Below are positions 1 through 8,292 of a DNA stretch of 64,000 nucleotides, in pieces. The first letter of the stretch is position 1. Each line of letters begins with the position of its first letter. The notes beneath the pieces are model-generated. The model was not told the DNA's origin, did not search any database, and saw only the letters and a program-made list of their open reading frames with translations. The DNA lies in assembly GCA_004796365.1 (NCBI GenBank), contig QZLE01000140.1, forward strand, positions 10,932 through 74,931. Reading direction: 5' to 3'. The position numbers and the translations under genes were made by a program. This stretch comes from Gammaproteobacteria bacterium (lineage in GTDB: Bacteria; Pseudomonadota; Gammaproteobacteria; QZLD01).

Positions 1-6
1 TTTTGT

Positions 7-1212
7 CTAGCTTAATTTAGATATTACGTCGTATATCGGTCCGATAACCGCATACATGATCCACCCGAGAATCGATGCCAGAACGACTGTTAATATCGGA
101 ACAATCATAGGCTCAATCTTATCAATTGTGTCGTTTGCTTCTCGGGTATAAAACTCACATACGTTATTGAGTGCAGTATCAAGGCTGCCACCGGTTTCAC
201 CTATACCCATCATTCGGGTAACAAATGGCGGAAACATGCCAACATTTTTAAAACTGTTACTAATGGTTTCACCTTGTGATATCTGGTTTCTTGCGCGCTC
301 AATCGATTGCTCAATAACGACGTTGTTAACCACTGATTTGCTCATGTTTAGTGTGTCTAATACGGTAATGCCGGATTCATACATCAATGCGAAATATTTA
401 GTAAAACGAGCGATCTTTAACTTGTGAGTCAGACTGCCAAATAACGGGAGGTGTAATATGGCGTCGTCAATGACATAGCGCATATATTCACTACGGGAAT
501 GAGAAATTTTAAGTGCGATAGCTAAAACTATTGGGGTTGGTATGATTATGTACCAGTAGGTTGATATAAAGTCAGAAGTTGCTATTAACGCCTGAGTAGC
601 AGGTGGGATTTCGTTCCCGGTGCTTTTTAGGAAGGTCACCAGCTGTGGAACCAGATATATCATCAAAAAAAGAACCACGCCAGAAATTACAGTGCCGGCA
701 ATGATCGGGTACATCATCATCTTTTTTGCTTGTGCGGCTATCTTTTCCTGCCATTTTAACATTTCTGCAAGCTCAAAAAGAACGTGGTGCAGGTTACCGC
801 TTTCCTCACCTACCTTTACAGTTGAGATATAGATCTTATTAAAAATTTTTGGAAAATTTTCTAAAGCACCGGAGAAGTTTTTCCCACCTTCAATTTCTTC
901 TATAAGCCCTGTTGCTACAGGTTTGAGACCACTATTTTGTGGAAGGCTATCGCGCAGGTCAGTAAGGGTTTCCAGAATAGGTACCCCAGCTTTTATTAAT
1001 TGTTCCATATGGAATGTGAATGCAATTAGGTCCTTGCGAGTCACGCGCGATTTTATAAATGAGATTTTGGCAGTATTAACTGGCTTGTATACAATTGGTT
1101 CAAGATCCATCTTTTGCAGACGCAGCTCTACATCCTGAGGATTGTTGGCCTCAAGTTGACCTTTAATCCTCTTGCCGTTTGCGTCAATTGCTTTGTAAAG
1201 ATATGTTGCCAT
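7..1212 (-). CDS. mshG: Type IV pilus/T2SS inner-membrane platform protein, GspF/PilC family (MshG-like)
   Basis: 401-aa ORF with two T2SSF-like halves (GEESGNL and GETGGSL motifs) and hydrophobic TM segments. It is the last gene of the co-directional secretin/ATPase cluster. Confidence 0.85.
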   Translation of the reverse strand: MATYLYKAIDANGKRIKGQLEANNPQDVELRLQKMDLEPIVYKPVNTAKISFIKSRVTRKDLIAFTFHMEQLIKAGVPILETLTDLRDSLPQNSGLKPVATGLIEEIEGGKNFSGALENFPKIFNKIYISTVKVGEESGNLHHVLFELAEMLKWQEKIAAQAKKMMMYPIIAGTVISGVVLFLMIYLVPQLVTFLKSTGNEIPPATQALIATSDFISTYWYIIIPTPIVLAIALKISHSRSEYMRYVIDDAILHLPLFGSLTHKLKIARFTKYFALMYESGITVLDTLNMSKSVVNNVVIEQSIERARNQISQGETISNSFKNVGMFPPFVTRMMGIGETGGSLDTALNNVCEFYTREANDTIDKIEPMIVPILTVVLASILGWIMYAVIGPIYDVISKLS

Positions 1213-1243
1213 TTATTCTCTATGAGCCCTATTTATATGACCT

Positions 1244-2950
1244 TTATTTCAATCTAGATGTAAGATCGATAACGCGGGATACTTCATCAAGTGAGGTAAC
1301 CCCTTCTATGATTCTGCGAATGCCGTCATCAGCAATTGGAATAAACCCTTTTTCTAGAGCCATATTGGTTATTTCCCGGTTTGATGCACGTTTAACTATA
1401 AGCTCGTCGATATCTTCGTCTACCCTTAAGATTTCCAGAAGCGATATTCTGCCTTTGTAACCAATGTATTCACATTTTTCACATCCTGTTGCTCGATAAA
1501 TATTAGGAATATCTTCAGCGTCTTCATCTATACTTAATAAGATCATCTCGATTTCGCTTGGTTCATATTCTTCCTTACAGTGTGGACAAAGCAGGCGAAC
1601 CAGGCGTTGCGCAACAATACCAATAATGTTGCCGACCATAATGGAAGGCGGTACTTCAAGATCAATAAGACGAGGAATGGCGCCAACAGCAGAATTGGTG
1701 TGTAAAGTGGAGTAAACCTGATGCCCTGTCATTGCTGCCCTTAATGCCATTTCAGCAGTATCTGCATCACGAACCTCACCAACAAGGATAATATCTGGAT
1801 CCTGCCGCATCATGGAGCGGATACCACTGGCAAAATCCAGCTTTACTGCTTCGTTTACCGATGATTGCCTGATCATTGCCAGTGGATATTCAACTGGATC
1901 TTCAAGGGTCATAATATTTACGCTCTCAGATGCCAGATAGTTAATGATTGAGTACAACGTAGTGGTTTTACCACTTCCGGTAGGGCCGGTTACCAGAATA
2001 ATCCCTTCTGGACGACTCATCATCAGTTTCAGTTCTGATAGTGCATCATGATGTAAGCCGAGTTTTTCTAGTGGGACGATACCTTTCTTTCTGTCTAGTA
2101 CACGTAGAACGATATCTTCGCCATGCATGGTAGGCTGGGAGGCAACCCTGAAATCAATCTGTCGCCCGGAATAGGTAAGTGATATGCGGCCATCCTGCGG
2201 GGCTCGATTCTCGGCAATATTCATTCCAGACAACACTTTAAGGCGTACAGTTATACCAGCAGAATAATTGCTATGTAGCGCTCGAATTTGTCTTAATACT
2301 CCATCGATACGGTAACGAATGCGATAAAAACCTTCTTCAGGCTCAAAGTGAATGTCTGAGGCGCCACGCTTTACTGCATCTGCCAAAAGTGCATCAACCA
2401 GTCTTACCAGTGGGTGGCTATATTCTGTAGCTTCGCCAATGTCGGTATTCAGATCTGCTTTACCGGTTTCGATTTCTTGAACAATTGCATCAACCGATAG
2501 GGTATAACCATAAAAGTGATCAATGGCATCTTCAATTTCTGATTCGCCAGCAAGAAGAACGTTAAGGTCATATTTGCCTTTTAGGTAAATCTTAATTCGG
2601 TCTAGTGCTTGAACATTGTAGGTGTCCGACATGGCAATAGTAAGTGAAGCATTTGCCTCATCAATACTCAGTGGAAGAATTTTATATCTTCGTGCAAGAT
2701 CTTTAGGTATTAACTGTTGTACCTCATCATCGGGAACAATTTTGGATAGATCGATTGTCTCTTGGCCAGTAGATTTACTAATCGCATCATTAATAACTTT
2801 GTCGGTTGCAAAGCCTAGTTTTACTATAAGTTTTCCAAGGGGGAGGTCGGAGTTTTTTTGTTCTTTTAGGGCAATTACCAGCTGATCTTGGGTGATAATC
2901 CCGGTCTCTACAAGAAGATCTCCTAGCCTTACAGGTTTATTATCGGCCAT
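1244..2950 (-). CDS. mshE: MSHA-type pilus assembly ATPase (GspE/PilB family) with N-terminal MshEN c-di-GMP-binding domain
   Basis: Walker A GPTGSGKTTT, Walker B DPDIILVGEVRD, His box TGHQVYSTLHTN and a tetracysteine CPHC...CEKC. N-terminus carries RLGDLLVETGIITQDQLVIALKEQ plus a second LGKLIVKLG repeat. Start moved to MADNKP (ATG 2950, AGGGA RBS), not the ORF-track 3001. Confidence 0.9.
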   Translation of the reverse strand: MADNKPVRLGDLLVETGIITQDQLVIALKEQKNSDLPLGKLIVKLGFATDKVINDAISKSTGQETIDLSKIVPDDEVQQLIPKDLARRYKILPLSIDEANASLTIAMSDTYNVQALDRIKIYLKGKYDLNVLLAGESEIEDAIDHFYGYTLSVDAIVQEIETGKADLNTDIGEATEYSHPLVRLVDALLADAVKRGASDIHFEPEEGFYRIRYRIDGVLRQIRALHSNYSAGITVRLKVLSGMNIAENRAPQDGRISLTYSGRQIDFRVASQPTMHGEDIVLRVLDRKKGIVPLEKLGLHHDALSELKLMMSRPEGIILVTGPTGSGKTTTLYSIINYLASESVNIMTLEDPVEYPLAMIRQSSVNEAVKLDFASGIRSMMRQDPDIILVGEVRDADTAEMALRAAMTGHQVYSTLHTNSAVGAIPRLIDLEVPPSIMVGNIIGIVAQRLVRLLCPHCKEEYEPSEIEMILLSIDEDAEDIPNIYRATGCEKCEYIGYKGRISLLEILRVDEDIDELIVKRASNREITNMALEKGFIPIADDGIRRIIEGVTSLDEVSRVIDLTSRLK

Positions 2951-4811
2951 AAAGATTTCCCTGGTTTGTATTCTGCCCACCATTTTGTTGTTGAAGTTCA
3001 AGCTGTTTTATGTAGTTTTTAACCTTGTTAAGGTCAAAGTTTGCTGCCTTGTTTTTGGATGTTTCTAAAGCATATTTATATGAATTAATCGCAGGTCCAA
3101 CTTTGTCTAGGTTATCCAGCGATATAGCTATGTTAAAAATAATATCTGGAGTATCAGGAGATAACGCATTTGCTTGTTTGAATGCCTGCAGGGCTTTGCT
3201 CCAGTTTTGTTGCTCCAAATAATAGTTTCCGAGATTAAAATATGCAGTTGGATTACTAGGAGCATTAGCAATGCTTTGTTTGAATGTAGATTCACTGTTT
3301 TGATATGTGTCATCGATTGCGCTTATCGCACTAATTGCGGTGGTGTTTTGCGGGTTTAATTCAAGCGCTTTTGTGTAATAGTCTCTGGCCTTTTGTTTAT
3401 CTTCTTCAATTATTGCAATAGCTCCCAATCCAAGTAGGGCATCAACCGAGTCAGGCGATATTGAGATTGCTTTCATATATTGTTGTTTTGATAGCTGATA
3501 ATTGCCGTTGTTGAAAAAATTATAGCCAGTAACGATATGTTGGGCGGCAATAGAGTCTTTATAATTTTTCTTTATTTTTATTGCAGGTTCGATATTAACC
3601 GGCCCTTTTTCTAGAGGTTTTGTTTCAATAAATGGATGAGAATTGATTACAGAACTTAGTGTTGGTGGAAGCTCTTCAGCGGCAATTCCAGTATCTTCAT
3701 TCTTCCCTGTTGTTGAGGCAGTTTGGGTTTGCGGCCTTCCAGGTTGCTGCTTAGTTTGTTCTTCATTGTTTGCTCCAGACCCAATTACAGGTCGAGTAGA
3801 AGACCAATTTGGGGTGATTTCTTCTTGTTTCTCAGTGGCTGTGTCGAACTGCGTTTCTGTAACGGATTCTGATTCAATGTCGGCAATCGTACCACTTACA
3901 GGTTGGTTAGGTATATCTTCAGTACCACTTTGCATTTCTGTAGCCATTTGGCTTGATGCATCACTTAGGTCGTCAATAGGCTTTATTGCAGTGGTAGGAG
4001 CGCGGCTCAACGTGGCTATGTTAGTGCTAATCTGGCTGTCTTGATCAATGTAGTGCAGATAGCCAAGAAATCCGCCCGCGACCAATACACCAATAAACAG
4101 AAAACTGGCTATTAAGTATTTTGAGCTAGCACTTTTTTTCTTTTCCTGCCCGGTAATGATTTTGGCATTCTCAGGCGCCATGGTTCTTGTTTTATTGGTC
4201 TGTTTGTTTGTTGATGGTTCAGGTTTCTCTTCTGGTTTAGAGCTAGGGGCTGAGGATTCAGAAGAAGTTGCAGGCTTTTCATTCTCTGCGATCTCCGTGA
4301 CTTCAGCCTCAGTTGGTTGCGCAGCGTTAGTTATTTGATCGTTCTTTTCTGGTTCAGGATCTAGGTGCTTTTCAGGCTCCTGAGGAACTTCAGTTTTTGG
4401 CGTTCCTGCAGCATCTGAACTAATAGTTTGCGGTCTATCTTCATTCGCTTCCGGTGCTGTTAATGTCATCTCGTCTGGATCAAAATGATCCATCTCTACA
4501 GTTGCATCTAGAGGGGCTTGCTTTGAAGTTGGAGTGGTAGTTTCTTCAGTAATTTCATCTTTATTGCTTAGATCTGTATCCAGCTTAGATTCTTGGCTTG
4601 TTTCTTCAGACTCTTGTTTGGTATCTTCAGTTTTGTGCTCAAGATCTTCCTGAATTTCTTCCAACTCAAGTGTTAGGTTTTCTTTAGACATTGTGCTTTG
4701 ATCAGCATCTTGCCCTTGATTAGGTACGGCAGTGGGTTTCTTTCCGGTTGTTTTTTTGGTAGGCTGTTTTTTTTCTGCAGCCTGTTTTAACGCATCAAGA
4801 AGTAAACTCAT
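2940..4811 (-). CDS. mshN: MshN/GspB-like bitopic protein: conserved N-terminus, long acidic disordered linker, one TM, C-terminal TPR repeats
   Basis: N-terminus MSLLLDALKQAAEKK resembles GspB/MshN family N-termini. About 220 aa are E/T/P/K-rich low complexity. TM is YLIASFLFIGVLVAGGFLGYL, and TPR-like repeats sit near the C-terminus (ALELNPQN, FNLGNYY). ATGA start/stop overlap with the secretin gene. Confidence 0.65.
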   Translation of the reverse strand: MSLLLDALKQAAEKKQPTKKTTGKKPTAVPNQGQDADQSTMSKENLTLELEEIQEDLEHKTEDTKQESEETSQESKLDTDLSNKDEITEETTTPTSKQAPLDATVEMDHFDPDEMTLTAPEANEDRPQTISSDAAGTPKTEVPQEPEKHLDPEPEKNDQITNAAQPTEAEVTEIAENEKPATSSESSAPSSKPEEKPEPSTNKQTNKTRTMAPENAKIITGQEKKKSASSKYLIASFLFIGVLVAGGFLGYLHYIDQDSQISTNIATLSRAPTTAIKPIDDLSDASSQMATEMQSGTEDIPNQPVSGTIADIESESVTETQFDTATEKQEEITPNWSSTRPVIGSGANNEEQTKQQPGRPQTQTASTTGKNEDTGIAAEELPPTLSSVINSHPFIETKPLEKGPVNIEPAIKIKKNYKDSIAAQHIVTGYNFFNNGNYQLSKQQYMKAISISPDSVDALLGLGAIAIIEEDKQKARDYYTKALELNPQNTTAISAISAIDDTYQNSESTFKQSIANAPSNPTAYFNLGNYYLEQQNWSKALQAFKQANALSPDTPDIIFNIAISLDNLDKVGPAINSYKYALETSKNKAANFDLNKVKNYIKQLELQQQNGGQNTNQGNLYGR

Positions 4812-6628
4812 TTAGCACTACCTTCTCTATGGCTGGAAATATGCTCACTTTGGTTTGGAACTGATCTGCTTGTATTGGGAAGCCTTGTTGTATTAGGTAA
4901 ATAGCGTCTAAAATTCATAAGGTCGCGCTCAATGCTAGCATTTTTGATTAAGGTAGGTTTGAGGAAGATTACCAGTTCAGTTTTGCTGCGATCATTGTTT
5001 TTGTATGTGAACGCATTTCCGAGGATTGGTACTTTCGAAATCCATGGTAGTCCTTGGTCATCCTTGGTTACGCTGTCTTGCATAAGTCCACCGATTACCG
5101 CAGTATTGCCGCTGTTAACCCGTAATACCGACTCCATCTCGCGTATTTGCACTTCTGGAACAGGATTGGTAACACCGGCCTGGGCTAACGCAGGATTTGG
5201 ATCATTCATATATCCGACGATTCTGGTTAAGGTTGGGCGAATATTTAAAATAATCTCTTCAGCCTCGGTTATAAATGGTGTTACATTCATAATAAATCCA
5301 ACTGGAACAGAGTGGGCTGTGGTGTCATATGTAGTGGTAGTTGTAGCAGTATCTGAGTCGGTATCAACCTCAACATCGATGGAAAAATAAACCTTGTTAT
5401 CGACAACTTTTAGTAAAGAGGTTTGATTATTAAGCGCCATGATTTTTGGACTGGATAGCACTTTAACGTCACCGTACTGGTCGAGCATTTTTAATAGAAT
5501 TGCACTTGTTCTGCCGTTTTTTTCCCGTCTGTAGCCAGCATTAAAGGCTGGTGCTCCTGAAAAATCAGAAGGAAATACCGTGCTTGCAGCTGCTGCAAAG
5601 TTATCTCCTGTAAAAGCAGATGAAAATGAGAACCCACCCAGGTTGTCAGCTAATGAAGCCCAGTCTACGCCAAGTTGGTGTTGGTCGTTTAAAGTAACTT
5701 CTGCAACTGTTGCTTCAATAAGCACTTGGCGTCTGGCGCTTGCAAGTACCTTATCCAGAAATCTTTGAATATCGGCATGCTGTTTAGAGGTGGCGCGCAC
5801 ATAGATAACACCTGATTCACGATTAATTATAACTGAGGATGAAGTTGTTGTGGATGTATTTGACGATTGGGTTGTTTCTGACGCTTCGGTGCCTTCTCCA
5901 GTTGAACCGGATGATGTCGGTTCTGGTGCCTCATCGAGTATATATGTAATATTTTCGCTTAAAGTATCCCAGAATCTGTTTTCATTGCGGTTAGTTACAG
6001 ATGTCGTTGAAGTATTTCCTTCCTGGGACTCGGTTTCTTCGGTTACCCCATTGTTTATTCCGGTGGATGTAGAAATTATGCTCTCGCTTTCACGGCTAAC
6101 ATTTAGGTAGTCAATGGTGTAGTGTTTAAGGTATGGTTTATCAGATTCAATCAAAAGCAAATTTCCTTTGAGATTGTATCTGATATCAGTTTGATTGGAG
6201 ATTCTATCTAGAATCTGTGGCAGAGTTTGATTGTTAGCATTAAGAGTTACATTGCCATCAATATTATTTTTTATATCAAGATCAATTTTTGCATCACGCG
6301 AGATTGCGAAAAGTAATTCTCTGATTGGAACATCCTGTACATTTACAGAATAGCGCTCTAGAGGTTGTGTTTCTGGTGCTGGAATAAACGGGGTTGTCTT
6401 TACTGGCTTTGGTATCTGGCGCTGCCTTAACTTTTGCTCTTGAATTGTGTGGGTTGAGTTTATATGTCCATCTGAATAGTCAATTTGATTTTTGGTGTAT
6501 TGTTCGCAAGAAAGAATAAATAACGGCGCTGTTGCAATACAGATAAATTTAACGCACACGGACTTAAGAAAAGACCTGTTTTCAGGTCTTTTATAGGTAC
6601 TATTGTTCATAGATAATGATTTTCTCAT
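4808..6628 (-). CDS. mshL: Secretin (GspD/PilQ superfamily), lipoprotein, MshL-like
   Basis: C-terminal secretin domain (VLSSPKIMALNNQTSLL, IGGLMQD, PWISKVPILGNAF, ELVIFLKPTLI). Lipobox LFILSC follows a basic N-terminus. Start set to MRKSLSM (ATG 6628), so it no longer overlaps the upstream gene. S/T-rich linker mid-protein. Confidence 0.85.
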   Translation of the reverse strand: MRKSLSMNNSTYKRPENRSFLKSVCVKFICIATAPLFILSCEQYTKNQIDYSDGHINSTHTIQEQKLRQRQIPKPVKTTPFIPAPETQPLERYSVNVQDVPIRELLFAISRDAKIDLDIKNNIDGNVTLNANNQTLPQILDRISNQTDIRYNLKGNLLLIESDKPYLKHYTIDYLNVSRESESIISTSTGINNGVTEETESQEGNTSTTSVTNRNENRFWDTLSENITYILDEAPEPTSSGSTGEGTEASETTQSSNTSTTTSSSVIINRESGVIYVRATSKQHADIQRFLDKVLASARRQVLIEATVAEVTLNDQHQLGVDWASLADNLGGFSFSSAFTGDNFAAAASTVFPSDFSGAPAFNAGYRREKNGRTSAILLKMLDQYGDVKVLSSPKIMALNNQTSLLKVVDNKVYFSIDVEVDTDSDTATTTTTYDTTAHSVPVGFIMNVTPFITEAEEIILNIRPTLTRIVGYMNDPNPALAQAGVTNPVPEVQIREMESVLRVNSGNTAVIGGLMQDSVTKDDQGLPWISKVPILGNAFTYKNNDRSKTELVIFLKPTLIKNASIERDLMNFRRYLPNTTRLPNTSRSVPNQSEHISSHREGSAK

Positions 6629-6662
6629 TTGTGATTTCAGGGGCGCGATTCCGATCGCGTTT

Positions 6663-8246
6663 TTACAAATTGCTTTTTCCATAGCTTTTGGAAATTTCTC
6701 CATTGATCCCGCGGATGGTTCTGAGCACAGGGCTATTAGCATTAAGTATAGTTGGTAATGCGTTTAATGCAGCATAGGCATCACGTTTTGAGGAGAAATT
6801 TTGGTATAGAACACCGAATAGTATTCCGTCTTTTCTGTCAGTTTGATAAATATAAATATCTTTAAAGAGAATAGTTTCAGATAAATTGCTAAGGTATTTA
6901 TGTAAGTGATTGATATGCTGTTCTTTTACAGACATAAGTTGTATGGTGTAGATGTCGGGACTGTTATTGGTTAGCCAGTTATCTGTTGCCTTTAGCCTTT
7001 TTTGAAGATTACTCAGCAATTTGTAATTTTGTGAATTATTTGGCTTTTTAGTTAGTCCGGAAATTGATTCTGGTTGGACATTAGTGTCATTTTTTCTGTT
7101 GTCAGCGGGCTTGTGGTTGTTGGTAAAGGTATCTTCAGGAATATAACCAGCTAAGATATTGTCTGGATTGGTTTTATCGTTTGTGCTGGTTGTAGCAAAA
7201 TTGCTATCCCTTTTAGTTTTATGATCAGAAATATATTGAGTATTGGTCTTTGTAGTTTCAGCATTAGTATATATATTGTTTTGTATAACTGACTGCCGAG
7301 AAGGACTTTTCAATACATGGCTATCTTGCATGTTATTTATATCGATAAGTTTATAACTAATTAATATAATGATTGCAGCTAATGAAGCCGCAAGTGCAGT
7401 AGAAATTAATTTGAAGTGATCGTTTGAGTCTTCTATAGTGCTGAACTCGCTGTCATTAACAGCTGCAATAACATGCTTCTTATTAATGTTATGAGTCTGC
7501 TGGGCAAACGCTGACAGTAGTACTTTATCGGAAACAATATTAATTCTGCGCAATAATCCACCTGTGTGCTTGGCTATAAGTTTTGCAATTTTCGGAGAGA
7601 AGATGTCAGGGCCATGATATCCTGCAACAGTCATGCGGAAGTTAAGGTATTTATGTACTTCTTCAGGTGTAAATGGACTTAAAAAGAAGCTATGGGTTAT
7701 ACGCTCTTTTAGCTGACGGATATTTTGTTGTTGCAGATTTTCATCCAATTCCGGCTGACCAAATAAAACTATTTGCAAAAGCTTGTCCTGATCGGTTTCT
7801 AAATTGCTCATCAGCCGAATCTCTTCCAAAGTTTCGATTGGCATTCCTTGAGCTTCTTCCACAAAAACAACGATTTGATAACCGTTATTATGACGTTCCA
7901 ATAAAAAGTTTTGTAGTTTTTGCATCACTTCAAGACGGCTTGATGTTTCTTCAATATTGATATCTAGCTCAATGGCAATAGTGTGCAATATATGCTCTGC
8001 AGAGATATTCGGATTGGCTATATAAACGATTTCCACTTCAGAAGGTAGTTTAAGTTCGAGCATACGACACAGCATGGTTTTGCCGCTGCCAACTTCACCA
8101 ACCACCTTTACAATTCCTTCGCCATTTAAGATCGCATAGATTAGTGCATCAAGAGCATTGCCGCGGGCACCACCGTCGTAAAACATGCTGGCATCTGGAG
8201 TGATTTTGAATGGTGGGCGTTTTAAGCCAAAATAATCTAAGTACAT
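6663..8246 (-). CDS. mshM: GspA/ExeA/MshM-like AAA ATPase fused through one TM segment to a C-terminal SPOR (DamX-like) peptidoglycan-binding domain
   Basis: N-terminus MYLDYFGLKRPPF plus P-loop GEVGSGKT and VFVEEAQ box are typical of ExeA/MshM. TM is LISTALAASLAAIIILISY. The C-terminus YTIQLMSV...ILFGVLYQNFSSKRDAYAALNALP...SPVLRTI aligns by eye to the DamX SPOR pattern. Confidence 0.75.
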   Translation of the reverse strand: MYLDYFGLKRPPFKITPDASMFYDGGARGNALDALIYAILNGEGIVKVVGEVGSGKTMLCRMLELKLPSEVEIVYIANPNISAEHILHTIAIELDINIEETSSRLEVMQKLQNFLLERHNNGYQIVVFVEEAQGMPIETLEEIRLMSNLETDQDKLLQIVLFGQPELDENLQQQNIRQLKERITHSFFLSPFTPEEVHKYLNFRMTVAGYHGPDIFSPKIAKLIAKHTGGLLRRINIVSDKVLLSAFAQQTHNINKKHVIAAVNDSEFSTIEDSNDHFKLISTALAASLAAIIILISYKLIDINNMQDSHVLKSPSRQSVIQNNIYTNAETTKTNTQYISDHKTKRDSNFATTSTNDKTNPDNILAGYIPEDTFTNNHKPADNRKNDTNVQPESISGLTKKPNNSQNYKLLSNLQKRLKATDNWLTNNSPDIYTIQLMSVKEQHINHLHKYLSNLSETILFKDIYIYQTDRKDGILFGVLYQNFSSKRDAYAALNALPTILNANSPVLRTIRGINGEISKSYGKSNL

Positions 8247-8292
8247 TAAAATCCTTTTTTCGCGGTAATGACACGCTTATAGAAAAGTTATT

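Noticed and set aside
683-700. Sigma-54-like element on the minus strand (CGGCAC-TGTAA-TTTC) inside mshG.
   Set aside because: The -12 element is TC instead of the near-invariant GC, and it lies within coding sequence. That is too weak to call.
3643-4044. 133-aa plus-strand ORF antisense to the mshN-like gene. Similar nested ORFs lie at 4156-4338, 4932-5390 and 5850-6110.
   Set aside because: They lie entirely inside longer minus-strand genes with clear family motifs. Their translations are low-complexity S/V/C/L-rich strings mirroring the acidic/Thr-rich sense frames, and they have no RBS.
6629-6742. 38-codon N-terminal extension of the secretin ORF in the ORF track.
   Set aside because: The extension overlaps the 3' end of the upstream ATPase gene and precedes the real signal peptide. 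The internal ATG at 6628 gives a basic N-region plus lipobox, as expected for MshL-type secretins.
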